A stretch of DNA of 64,000 nucleotides, from the NCBI GenBank assembly GCA_013239625.1, contig MU056029.1, positions 868,001-932,000 on the forward strand. Reading direction: 5' to 3'. This DNA is from Lama guanicoe (taxonomy: Eukaryota). Position 1 is the stretch's first letter. Each line of letters begins with the position of its first letter. A program made the position numbers and the translations under genes. This document shows positions 53,310 to 64,000 of the stretch, in pieces. The notes under the pieces were generated by a model that saw nothing but the letters and a program-made list of their open reading frames with translations, was not told where the DNA came from and made no database searches.

Positions 53310-54051
53310 GTAAGGCAAGTTTTCTGTGACCTAGGGGACCCAGAGACTCCCCTTGTTCTTGTTAAACTAGTCTCCTTTTTGGGTCATTCTCCTTTTACTC
53401 AGAGGTGTTAATTTACTCTCAGCTGTGTCATTCCAAAAGCTGGAAGGGTTGACATCCATGGGGGAAGCTGCTGGCACTGTCCGTGGTTCATCCACCAAAC
53501 AGCAGCCCTTCAGGTAGAGCTTCTACAGGAAAGTCATGCCAGGGATGTCTCTGCTTCCCAAGGTATCAATAGCGCAATTTGTAGAGGCCACAGGACCAGC
53601 TGGAGGTCACCTCTGGGACGGCATCTAACACAACTGCTCATGAATCCACATGCCTCCTACCTCCAGGTGGCTGCTGAGCCACTGGAAGGCGGTTGTGTTT
53701 GCACTGCCCCTCCTGGTCGTCCATCCTCTGGGGAGCCAGCCTCTTCCAAAAAAGGACTATGTCCCCCTAGAACTGGGCCAGTGACTGACATGAGTGTGAA
53801 GGCCAGCCCCTTCCCCAGGGGGTCCTGCACACCAGCTAGGATGGGAGAGAAACCAGTCTGCACTGGGACATCCCTCCAACTGAGAACACCCACAGTAAGT
53901 CAGCCACACCTGAATCCCTGTCTCTGGCTCTGCTTATAGAGACAACCAGCCCGAGACAAGATCAAGAATGTCTTTAAAGGAATAGAATCCCAATCCATTA
54001 TGAGATTTTTGTTCCATTTTGTTCTGTGGCCCTTCTTTTAGTCATTTAAAA

Positions 54052-54768
54052 GTTTTGTTTTATTGAAGTATAATTGATATATAATATTATATAAGTTACA
54101 GGTATGTAATAAATATAGTGATTCACAACTTTTAAAAGTTATACTCCATTTATGGTTATTATAAAACATTGTCTGTGTTCCCCGTGTTGTACAATGTATC
54201 CTTGTAGCTTATTTTATACATAACAGTTTGTATCTCTGAATCCCTTACTCCTATATTGCCCCTCCCTCCTCCCTCTCCCCACTGAGAGCCGTTAGTTTGT
54301 TCTCTATTTCTGTGAGTCTGTTTCTTTTTTGTTATATTCACTAGTTTGTTGTAATTTTTTCAGATTTCACAATTTGGGATACCATGCAGTATTTATCTTT
54401 TTCTGTATGACATTTCACTTAGCATAATACCCTCCAAGTCCATCCATGTTGTTGCAAATGACAAAATTTCATTCTTTTTATGGCTGAGTAGTATTCCTTT
54501 GCACGTATATATGCACCACATCTTCTTTATCCATTCATCTGATGATGGACACTTAGGTTGCTCCCGTATCTTGGCAAATGTAAATAGCACTACTATGAAC
54601 AGTGGGGTGAATGTATCTTTTGGAAATAGTGTTTTTGTTTTTGTTTTTTTCAATCACATACCCAGGAGTGGAAATGCTGGGTCATATGTTTGTTCTATTT
54701 CTAGGTTTTTGAGAAACTCCATCCTGTTTTCCACACTGGCCACACCAATTTACATTCCCACCAATAGT
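54052..54768 (-). mobile_element. L1 3' end plus ORF2 C-terminus
   Basis: QPKCPSSDEWIKKMW...ILSFATTWMDLEGIMLSE. Confidence 0.92.
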
Positions 54769-54933
54769 ATCTGCTGCTTCTTTCAATTCATGTCAACTAA
54801 TTCTGAAATTCAGGCAACTGGAAAATAAAGAACATGATTTTCAACAGAGCTGCACCATTGTTTGAACAGTTGTATTCCTAATCCTCAATATTCACTGGCG
54901 AACAGAAGCTAATATATTTTCCTGTTAAAGCAG

Positions 54934-55298
54934 AGCTTTACATTAATTTGTTTAAGAAAAGCATCCACACCATATAATTACACGCAAGATAAACGAAAAG
55001 AGAATTTAGGTATCACATTATAACTACAAGACAATAACATTTTAAAAGTTTAAAGCCAGGGGAAAATTCTGCCTGAAGTTGTTCGTTGTTAGCAAATCAG
55101 ATAGTATTGTTTTGATCTCCGTTTTCTGCTTTAAAAGATTTCATTTTTGTCACTGAAGATCTAGTGTTAATATTCATCCTGAGGGAGAGTGCGAAGTAAT
55201 TTATGCATTATCCAGTTGCCAACAGCAGGGAGAATGGTCTGACATCAGTGGGTCAGAAGATCAGGAAGATGCAGAACCATTTTGGTACCCAGGCTGTG
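54934..55298 (+). pseudogene. Two relic exons, coiled-coil-like region
   Basis: ELYINLF...EFR (phase 2 at 55009|GT) joins 55159 SSVNIHPEG...ALSSCQQ, with VGQKI in another frame; resembles EQYI...KYR|VS.ESF..G...LAARQK...KIQ. Confidence 0.4.
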
Positions 55299-56349
55299 GT
55301 GAGGTGCACGACTGTCCTTTTCCCACTTCCACCGCCATCCTGAAAGAAACCAATGGATGGAGAGCAGAGAAAGTCAAGGGAAAACATCCTCATGCAACTT
55401 AAGGTGGCATCTGGTTCGCAGACTCCATACGACACCGTCCACCTGGCCATCTCTTCCACTCCCAGAGAGGTGCTTTTTCCCTACTCTTTTGCTCAAATTG
55501 GCTTTTTAAAAAGTGACTCGCCCTGGGTAGGTGCAGAGAAAGATGACCTTTAAATTCTATTATCACGTGAAGCTGCTCTGACTCCCAGGATTCTATCTAG
55601 ACAATATCTCTATGCCTTGTGAATGAGTTTAGCCTTTATATACATTTATTCTTCAATCATTTTCATAAAACAGTTTCTAGATTAAAAATTTCCTTAATCA
55701 TTGAAAACAGGAAATACATAAGGTACACAGTATGATGAATGCTAAGGAAACAGTTGTTATTACTGGTGCATTTATAAACCATACAAAACCGAAATAGAAT
55801 TATTGGTTCAGTTAAAAGAAAATCCTTTCATGTACAAAAAACTAAAGTCTGCCTAAAGAAAAATAGCTAAATTTTTAATATTTTTCTTTTGCTGGCAAAA
55901 GGACTTAAAGAAATTTTAAAATAACCATAACTGAAGATATTCACTACTGTATATTATTTAATGGGATAATACATGTAAAAATTTAATACATGGAACCCAT
56001 TATTAATCTGTTTTCATGGTTGCTCAGATGGCAACCAGAGTATGTATGTGCTTTATGACTGAAATAAGAATTGCACAGCATAACAACTCAAATGAAGGCC
56101 AAGAAGGTACAGCAGTGAATGCCGTCAACCCATCATTAGCAACTTGAAATACCTGAAATAATACATGTAAATATAAATATACAAAGACAAATTATTTTGA
56201 TTTAATTAACATCAAATTATGATATTCTGAAGATTCACATGTTACCTTAAAAGAGTTGAAACCACCATGAGCATAGGGCTTCTGTATCCAGCCTCTGCTG
56301 GAAAAGGATTGCATCGCAGCTCAGAAAACTTCCATTAGAAACAAAGGAC

Positions 56350-56693
56350 CATAAAATTGTTTACCATGTCTGCGAGTCTGTTTCTGTTTTGCAGATGAGT
56401 TCTTTAGTGTCTTTTTTTTTAGATTCCATAATCTTATGGTTACCAGAGAAAGGGGATGGGAAGGGATAAATTTGGGAGTTTGAGATTTACAAATGTTAGC
56501 GACTATATATAAAAATGGATTTTTTAAAAAATTTCTTCCATATAACACAGGGAACTATGTTCAATAACTTGTAATAAGCGTTAATGGAAAAAATATGAAA
56601 ATGAATATACGTATGTATTTACATGACTTGGACATTATGCTGTATACCAGAGATCGACACATTGTAATTGACTGTACTTCAATTTAAAAAAAA
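56350..56693 (+). mobile_element. 5'-inverted (twin-primed) short L1 with 13-bp TSD
   Basis: TSD AGAAACAAAGGAC at 56337 and 56694; 56350-56430 antisense, 56431-56693 sense with an A tail. Confidence 0.9.
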
Positions 56694-57638
56694 AGAAACA
56701 AAGGACTGCTCTTCATTCTCCCAGTTTGCTGCCGCCCAAACCTGAACCCTTGCCTCAATGTCCCACCAGTGCACCTACTCCCCTGTCCTATCTTTGGTTC
56801 TACAAGGCTGGTTTAGATGCTCTACCTGGTCGCCACTGCGCCTTCCGAGAGTTACATCCCTTTGCATGTTACTGTTTGCACGTCTGCCTCCTCCAGGAGA
56901 TTCCAGCTTCCTCAGGTCAGCAAGTGTCTTTTTCATCTTCGCGTGCCCAGAGCCCGGGATCGTCCAGGTCCTACGTGCTGCTCCCCGCCAGCGGGTGAAC
57001 AAAGAGCCCATCTGAAGCAGAACAAAGACTTTTCGGCGAAGTTCTTGACGTCTCCTGCAGGGTGGGGGTGGTGTCATTTTGACTCTCCAGGCATCTGCCC
57101 GACTAAAGTAAACAAAGATCTTGCTCATTCCAGTAAAGTACTTAATTAAGAAGTGTTGTTGAAATGTCAATAAATATTCAAAAGGGAGGCTTTCTTGGAG
57201 ATAATCTGAAAGTCAGATGATCTGGCTGTGATAAATGAGAGCTGATGGGAGAGAAATTATTAAGTCGTTCCCCTGGACGTGCTTATTAGTCCTGTGGCCG
57301 TCGTTAGCACTGCACAGAGAGAGGAAAGTCCGGCAGGGCCCCCAGAAGCCCAGCCAGCCAGCGGGCAGGAGAGGACGGGAATCCGGCTCCTCTGCTTCTA
57401 ACCTGTCTGCTCACTCCAAGGCTACCAGGAGGCCCACAGGAGGCACGAATGCACCCAGTCCTGGGACACAAAGCTGAGACATGAGGAATAGCCTGTGTTA
57501 CGTGGGGCTGACTCCAGGACCAGCGTGAGCTGAAAGCCCCCTTCAATCGGGGCATCTTCCATCAACTATTACCCTCAACCAGATTGTACAGCAAAGACCA
57601 ATCTGGGCACCAATTAAGGGAAACCTGAATGTGGCCTT

Positions 57639-58117
57639 TGTTGACTGAAATAAATGCACAATTTACAAGTTGAGAGTTATGTTTTATTTGGCAGCCGTTT
57701 CTCAGGACTCGAACCCCTTGAGCCAGGATAACAGCCTCTCAGATGGCTCTAAGGGACAACTCCAAAGTGGCAGGAGAGGAGCCAGGATATATAGGAGTTT
57801 TACAACAAAGACCAGGTAGTAGGTATTAACCAAAGAAAATCCGACATCTCAAGTTAAAAATTTAGCACTTTTCTATTTATGGGAGGAGCAAATGTCTGGG
57901 CTCATTGGAATCATTCCTTTGATTCCAGAGCCAGGGTCCCGTCTTTTCACACCCTGAGTCCCCTCAGGGGGCACCTTTAGGAGTGGCAGCCGGGCTGCCT
58001 GCTTGTCTGCATCCTGAGTTCCCTCCGCTCACTGTCAGGGTGGAGGCAGCGGCTGATGACTCAATGGCTGCAGCATCCTCTGTTCACTGACATGGCTGGC
58101 AGTGCTTTTCATTCACA
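57639..58117 (-). mobile_element. ERV1 solo LTR
   Basis: TG...CA termini, tttatt (AATAAA on the minus strand), flanks CCTT/CCTA. Confidence 0.75.
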
Positions 58118-59449
58118 CCTACGTGACTGGGTTTTGCGTCTTCTATTCTACTGGTGATCTTGACACATTTGCACAAAGGAGCAAAGACAGAGACTGGGGG
58201 GTGGGGTAGTTAATACTGATTAGAAGACGAAGACCAATAATCCCCTCTCATTATGAGACGAAGACGATTACAGTTTGTACCAGAGACACTAAAGCTCAGA
58301 AAGGCTAATGAACTTCTCCAAGGCAACATCACCAGAAAGTGATTTTGAGTCTAGGTCTCTCTGGGTTCATCAAAGGTTCTTACATATAATTCTAGCAACA
58401 TCTTTCTAGAGCAAGAGAAGAGTTAGGGCAATCTGGTTCCTTCCTTTTCTACTTACGTACTATTTATCTTCTCTTTCTATACACTGTCAAGTGAGTTCTG
58501 TGGTTGAGTTCCTTCTGTTTCCAAAATCGTATTATTGTAAGCCCTCATTGGCAATGTTTATGATTATTTTCATCAGGATAGTTATTTTTAAATGTCTAAG
58601 TGTGAGGACACAAACCTATTGTTTCACTTGGCTTAGTATGCAACTACAAATGCCAGCATATTAAATATCAACACCTCTTCTGGTGATTAAATGACTCCTC
58701 ATGGGCTGTCTACACTAGCTGGCAGAAGTGAGGCCAATATCGACCCCACGGTGTGAACTGTGAATTCCAGATAAACATGTGTAGCTACTGAATTTTCCCC
58801 ACACTCCATTGACTCTGTCAATATTCAAAATCAGGCAAAAATGAGGACTGTAGATTAAATGCTTTCTTAACAGCACCAACACTTGCTTTGTTCTGGTTCT
58901 CAAGATTTCATAATAAAATTAGAAGATTTTATTTCCAAATATCATCATGCACGAAATGCTTTTCCTAGTATGTATTTCTGTTTCATGATGACAGAGACGG
59001 GACATAAAAAGGAACATCTCATTCCTGAACTTTTAATTGATCTGAATGTGCTTCCTTTTACTCAATTTTTTTTTAATCTAATTGCTTTTGTAAAGAGACC
59101 AAACTTCATCTATCTTCCTATAACTTCAGGGCCAACTTGAAATCAGCTGCTTTCTTGAATCTCAGGCCTGGTTCTCTGGAGTTTATTAAAAAACCTTCAT
59201 TTTTGATTATTGATTATATTGACTGAATGCCACTCACAATCTCTGATATGGAATTGCTATTTTTGTATTTTTAATTAAATTTTTATTTTTAATTGTTCTC
59301 TCTCCCCTCACGCCTCAGTAATGAAGTCATTTCAGATTTTCGTAGAGTAGTACATTTTTTATGGCCACCCTGAGCCACAGATTTACTCAGCTAACGGGAC
59401 AGAGATCACTGATGCCTGCTTACAATTGTTCTTCCCTTTAATAACAGCT

Positions 59450-59790
59450 AAATGGTCTGCTGGAGTAGAAACCACGTTCCCCATCCTCACTTTCACATAG
59501 GTATGGCCACATGACTCGATCGCAGACAGCTGTGGTGTGTACAATTTTGAGAAGTGTCATTAAAGGGGGAGAGCTCTGACCTTCCTCATCCCCTTTCCTC
59601 CTTCCTGTTATTTAAACATCAGAGAGTGCAGCTGGCATCGGCAGCCAGGGGAGGCTAAGATAACCAAAGGAACAGTAAGACGGAAGGACCCTGGGTCCTT
59701 GAAACTTCGGACTGTCAAATTTGCTCTGGGCTTCCAAATCTGAATACGATAAAAATTAAACCCATATCTTACTCAAATTACTGTTATTTC
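59450..59790 (+). mobile_element. MLT1J-like LTR relic
   Basis: ataggtatggccacatgact...agacggaaggaccctgggtcctt. Confidence 0.55.
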
Positions 59791-59814
59791 ATTTTAATTT
59801 CTTGGCTACCAAAC

Positions 59815-61435
59815 AATTTTTAGCAGCTTTATCGAGATATAATTAACATATCATATAATTCTCCCATTTAAATATGAAAAGGAATGTATGTAGATGTATG
59901 ACTGAAACGTTATGCTGTACAACAGAAATTGACACCACATTGTGAACTGACTCTATTTTAATAAAAAAAAATTAAGCATACAATTCAATGGTTCTTAGTG
60001 TATTCCCAGATATATGCAGCTGTCACTATAGTCAAACTTAGAACATTCTTATTACTTCAAAAAGAAATTCCATATGCTTTAGTTATTACCCTGCAGTATA
60101 CCCACAGCACCTCACACCAGCTCTGAAGGACCAACAATCTAGAATTTCCTATTCTAGACTCTTATATGAATGGAATCATTAGTATGCGATCTCCTGTGAA
60201 TGGCTTCTTTGACCTACATAAGTGTTTTCAAGGTTTATGCATGTTGTAGCATGTATCAGTACTCCATTCCCTTTTATGGACAAATACCACTCCATTGTGT
60301 GGATACACTACATTTTGTTTATTCATTCATCCATTATTGCACATTTACATTATTTCCACCTTTGGGTTATTAAGGATAATATTACTATAAGTATTAACAT
60401 ACACACTTGTGTAGACATACGTTTTCATTTTTCTTGAGCAAATATCTATGAGTTGATTTGCTGTATCAATTCAGTTTAGTTCAGGCTAAAATATCCATCA
60501 CAATATTAAATAAAGGTGGCAAGAAAAGACATCCTAATTTTGCTTCTGATCTTAGGGGGGAAAATATCTGATTTTGTACCATTAAGTATTACATTAACTG
60601 TGGGATTTTGTAGGTGTCCTTAATCAGGTTGAGGCAGTTCCTTCTATTTCCAGTTTGCTGAATATAAATTTTTTTACCATGAGTGTGTTTTGCATTTTGT
60701 CAAATACTTTTTTGGCATCTGTTGAGATGATGGTGTGATATTGTTTTTTATTCTCTTGATATGATGAATTATATTAATTTTATGTTTTGTGTGCTAAACC
60801 AAACTTGAATTTCTGGGATAAGTTCCACTTGGTCATAGTATAGAATTCTTTTTACATATTGCTGAGTTTAGCTTGCTAGAATTTTGCTGAAGATTTTTAC
60901 TTTCATATTCACAAGAGATACTGTTCTGTAATTTTATTTTCTTGTGTTACCTTTGCCTGGTTTCGGTGTAAGGGTAATATTGAAGTCATAAAATGACTTG
61001 GAAAGTGTTCTCTTCTATTTTTTGGAAGAGTTTGTGAAGATTTACAATGATTTCTTTTAATGTTTGGTAGAATTCAGCAGTGAAGCCATCTGGGTCTGGA
61101 ATTTTCTTTGTGGGTAATTTTAAAAATTACTCATTCACTTTCTTCATTTGTTATAAGTCTATATAGGTCTATTTCTTCTTGAGTCTGTTTTAGTAGCTTA
61201 TGGCTTTTAAAGAATGTGTCCATTTCATGTAAGTTATCTAAATTTTTTGTGTGTACTGTTCATAGTTCTCCTTTATAATCTTTTTTTATTTCTATAAGGT
61301 CAGTAGTAATGCCCTCCATTTAATTTCTAATTCTAACAGTTTAATTAGCTTCTCTTTTTTCTTGGTAAATTTGCCTGAAGTTTTGTCAATTTTGTTGATC
61401 TTTTAAAGAAGCGTTGGTTTCATTGATTTTTCTGT
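59815..61435 (-). mobile_element. L1MB-like element with a nested sense young L1 tail (~59871-59970)
   Basis: gctttatcgagatataattaacatatcat...; tgtttggtagaattcagcagtgaagccatctggg. Confidence 0.85.
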
Positions 61436-61949
61436 GTTAAAAATCAATTCTTATTATTAAAGATAATCAGCTTTATTTAAATTATTTGTAATCTCCAGAG
61501 ACATATTCTGAGTAAAAGTTGACGTCTTGGGGTACATCTCCACAAATAGTCATTTTTGTCCTTAATGAATAGGGCATGGGAAGAGGACATTATATTTCAA
61601 GGACTCACAGCTCTAAAATTCATTTGTTTCCCACTAGCTCACATTTATTTACTGTTTGAGAAATATTACTGTTTTTTCTGTGAAGATATTGTACCTAAAG
61701 CTTGTAAATAATTCAACATAATAGATCCTACCGAAGGAATTTTCTTCTCCTTCTATTAAGAGAGAGATTCTTTTGAGAGTGAAGAATTGTCAATCTGATG
61801 CGTCCAGCCATTTTTTAATGCTCATTTAGATCAGTAAGATCATGTCAGTTCTGAAGCAGTAATTCTAAATAATTTTTACTTATTTATTTCAAAATAACAA
61901 AATTCGCATTTTTCTTCCAAGTCTTACTATTAAGCTTAATCTTCTGAAG

Positions 61950-62098
61950 GAAACTTTGCTCAGAAAGTAAGCAAAGAACCATCAGCGAAGTAGCTGGTGA
62001 AAGCTACAACCAGATACCGGTTTGATGGAAAAAGAAATCTATTGCTAACTCAATGCAGTGTCCTGGAAACTTCTACACATCCCATCCATAATAATAAT
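61950..62098 (+). pseudogene. Relic exon, RAMA-like domain
   Basis: cttctgaag|ETL...(fs)TISEVAGESYNQIPV*WKKKSIANS(fs)AVSWK...|GTAAGA versus ETTHKAS...SGQIYKNPVTWLKDLLGGNSYVTWN. Confidence 0.55.
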
Positions 62099-62204
62099 GT
62101 AAGAATAATTATTTGAGGAGAAAAGCCTCTGGGGACCTAAGACTAGAATGTGATTGTATCTAGAAAGCTGGGATCCAAATCATTTGCTTCTGATTCGTCT
62201 AAAG

Positions 62205-62273
62205 CAGGGGTCTGCAAATTTTTTCCTGTAAAGACCAGAAAGTAAATGATTGAGATATTACAGGCCATGCAGT
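62205..62273. mobile_element. MER58-like fragment
   Basis: caggggtctgcaaatttttt...ctgtaaagaccagaaagtaaat. Confidence 0.65.
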
Positions 62274-62919
62274 GGACATAAAGGATGCTAGGAGAATGAG
62301 AGAGAGGTGTCCAAAAAGCTGAGGGGTTACTGGAAAGCTGTATTTGGACCAACCACCCCTGTCAGGGTGCCACACTCTCCATCACTCCCCTTGCTTCCCC
62401 CCTAGCCCAGGCACTGTGTAGTTTATCACCGGGATAGAACAAATCATCAACAGCAATAACAAAGCACAGACATCTTTAATAAAGGCATTAAAAATAATGA
62501 TCTGTGGAGAACTGGCCTCCAAGAGAAGGCAGAAGGAGCCCAGAAAAGAAAGGGCCTTTGTAATTTGGCACTGGGGTGCCTAGCATCTAGGTCAGCTCTC
62601 TGTTTGCTCACTCTAAAATAAAATATTCCCACTAGAATCCCAGAAACATACTCAGACCTCTTATTCAGGCTTAATATTTATAGGAAAAACCTGGTTGTAC
62701 GGGAGAACCACATGAGAGGTATGATACAAAGACCACCAGAGAAAGCGAAATCACAAAATATCTCACAAGAGGCCATCTTTCTTAGAAAGAAAACTACAGG
62801 CATTTAAAAAAAATAACCACAATAAACAAAAGAAAAATTAGCATTAAAATTTAATTTCTTTCAGAATCCAAGAAAGCTGCTACTATTCTGAGAGAGATTT
62901 AAGAAAATCAAGCAGCCTG

Positions 62920-64000
62920 AGCCAAGACAAAGATCAGTGAACGAAACTCAGTTGCATTTCTACTGACTAGTAATAAAAAATCAGAAGGTGAAATTAAGCC
63001 GAAATACCATCTACAATATCATACAAAAAAATATTAAATGAGAAGGAAAAACCCAACAAAAGATGTGCAAAGTCTCTACATTTAAAACCAAAAGCTATTG
63101 TTAAGAGAAATTAAGGTAGACTTAAAGCAGTGGTCCTCAACCAATTGTCCATCCTGGGGAACATCTGGCAGTGACTGGAGACATGTTTGATTGACAGGAC
63201 TGGGGAGGCAGATTTTGGCACTGCAATCTAGTGAGCAGAGGCCTCAGGGAGGAAGCTCAGCATCCTACAGTGCACAGAACAGTCCTCTGCAACAAAGAGG
63301 TATGTGGTCCACAGTGTCAGTGCACCAAGGATGAGAACCCACAGTGGGGATGACAGTTCTCCACAAATTGGTGCATAAATCCATTGTAACCTCAATCAAG
63401 TTATCAGAATGTGTGTATAGTAACAAACTGATTCTAAAATTTATATGAAAATGTCCTCAAGTAGGCCAGAAAGCTTTGAGAAAGAATAACGTATTTGTGA
63501 ACTAATAGTATTTGCCTTTGAGCCTCGTTATAAAACTATAGTGGTCAAGACAGTGTGTTGTCAACTCAACATAGTCAAATAGATCAATGGAACAGACTAG
63601 AAAGTGCAGACATAGACCCACATATACATGGTAACCAGATTTCAACAAAGATAAAGAGGCGATTCAGTGGGGGAGAGTAGCCTTTCTAACAGATGGTGCT
63701 AGAACAATTGGAAAGATGCATATGGGAAAAAATGAACTTTCATTTATATTTCACAAAATATGCAAAATTAACTCAAAATGTATTGTAAGTCTGAATGTAA
63801 TACCTAAATCTATAAAACTTCTAGAAGAAAGCATAAGAAAAATCTTTGTGACCTAAAATTATGCAAACCTTTTTAGAAACAATTCCATACATATGATCTG
63901 TAAAAGAAAAACAAATTGAACTTTATCAAAATTAAAAACATATGCTTTCTGAAAAGCTATTAAGAAAATGAGAAGACAAGCATGGACAGGGAGAAAAATA
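62920..64000 (+). mobile_element. Old L1M ORF2 fragment (runs off the window end)
   Basis: tcagttgcatttcta; aaatagatcaatggaacagact; aaattaactcaaaatg. Confidence 0.8.
63128..63343. mobile_element. MER20 DNA transposon
   Basis: cagtggtcctcaac...ggggaacatctggcagtgactggagaca...catcctacagtgcacagaacag. Confidence 0.8.

Larger units (their letters stand above)
34994..62098 (+). pseudogene. Ancient unprocessed ANKRD31-like pseudogene (ankyrin cluster 1, ankyrin cluster 2, coiled-coil-like segment, RAMA-like domain)
   Basis: Colinear exon relics at ~34994-35180, 36210-36359, 37574-37710, 37813-37935, ~44520-44610, 44813-44913, 46565-46674, 54934-55009, 55159-55298, 61761-61858 and 61950-62098. Most contain stops or frameshifts. 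Compared by eye with recalled ANKRD31. Confidence 0.6.

Noticed and set aside
55253..57055. Minus-strand exon pair (~57054-56976 and from ~55340)
   Set aside because: No recognisable protein in any frame; overlaps the better-supported + strand relic exon.

Overview
Mammalian, repeat-dense genomic DNA, most likely camelid (alpaca/camel): it carries three Vic-1-like tRNA-derived SINEs and cetartiodactyl-type L1 3' ends and LTRs. It is a draft assembly with three N gaps, and two of them are flanked by near-identical duplicated sequence (probable false duplications). I find no intact protein-coding gene; the ORF track is mostly gap artefacts, repeat-derived frames and chance ORFs. Much of the window is L1 (young and L1M), L2, MIR, HAL1, solo LTRs (MER41-, MER34/39-, MER74-, MLT1/2-like) and DNA transposons (MER5A, MER2, MER20, MER58, and a piggyBac Looper-like relic). 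The main non-obvious signal is a chain of heavily decayed exon remnants on the + strand (~35.0-62.1 kb), most bounded by AG/GT. In order they give two ankyrin-repeat clusters, a coiled-coil-like segment and a RAMA-like domain, which is the domain order of the meiotic scaffold ANKRD31. I interpret this as an ancient unprocessed pseudogene of an ANKRD31-like paralog. The comparison uses my recollection of ANKRD31 and needs alignment to confirm. Repeat family names are also from recalled consensus sequences, not a RepeatMasker run.
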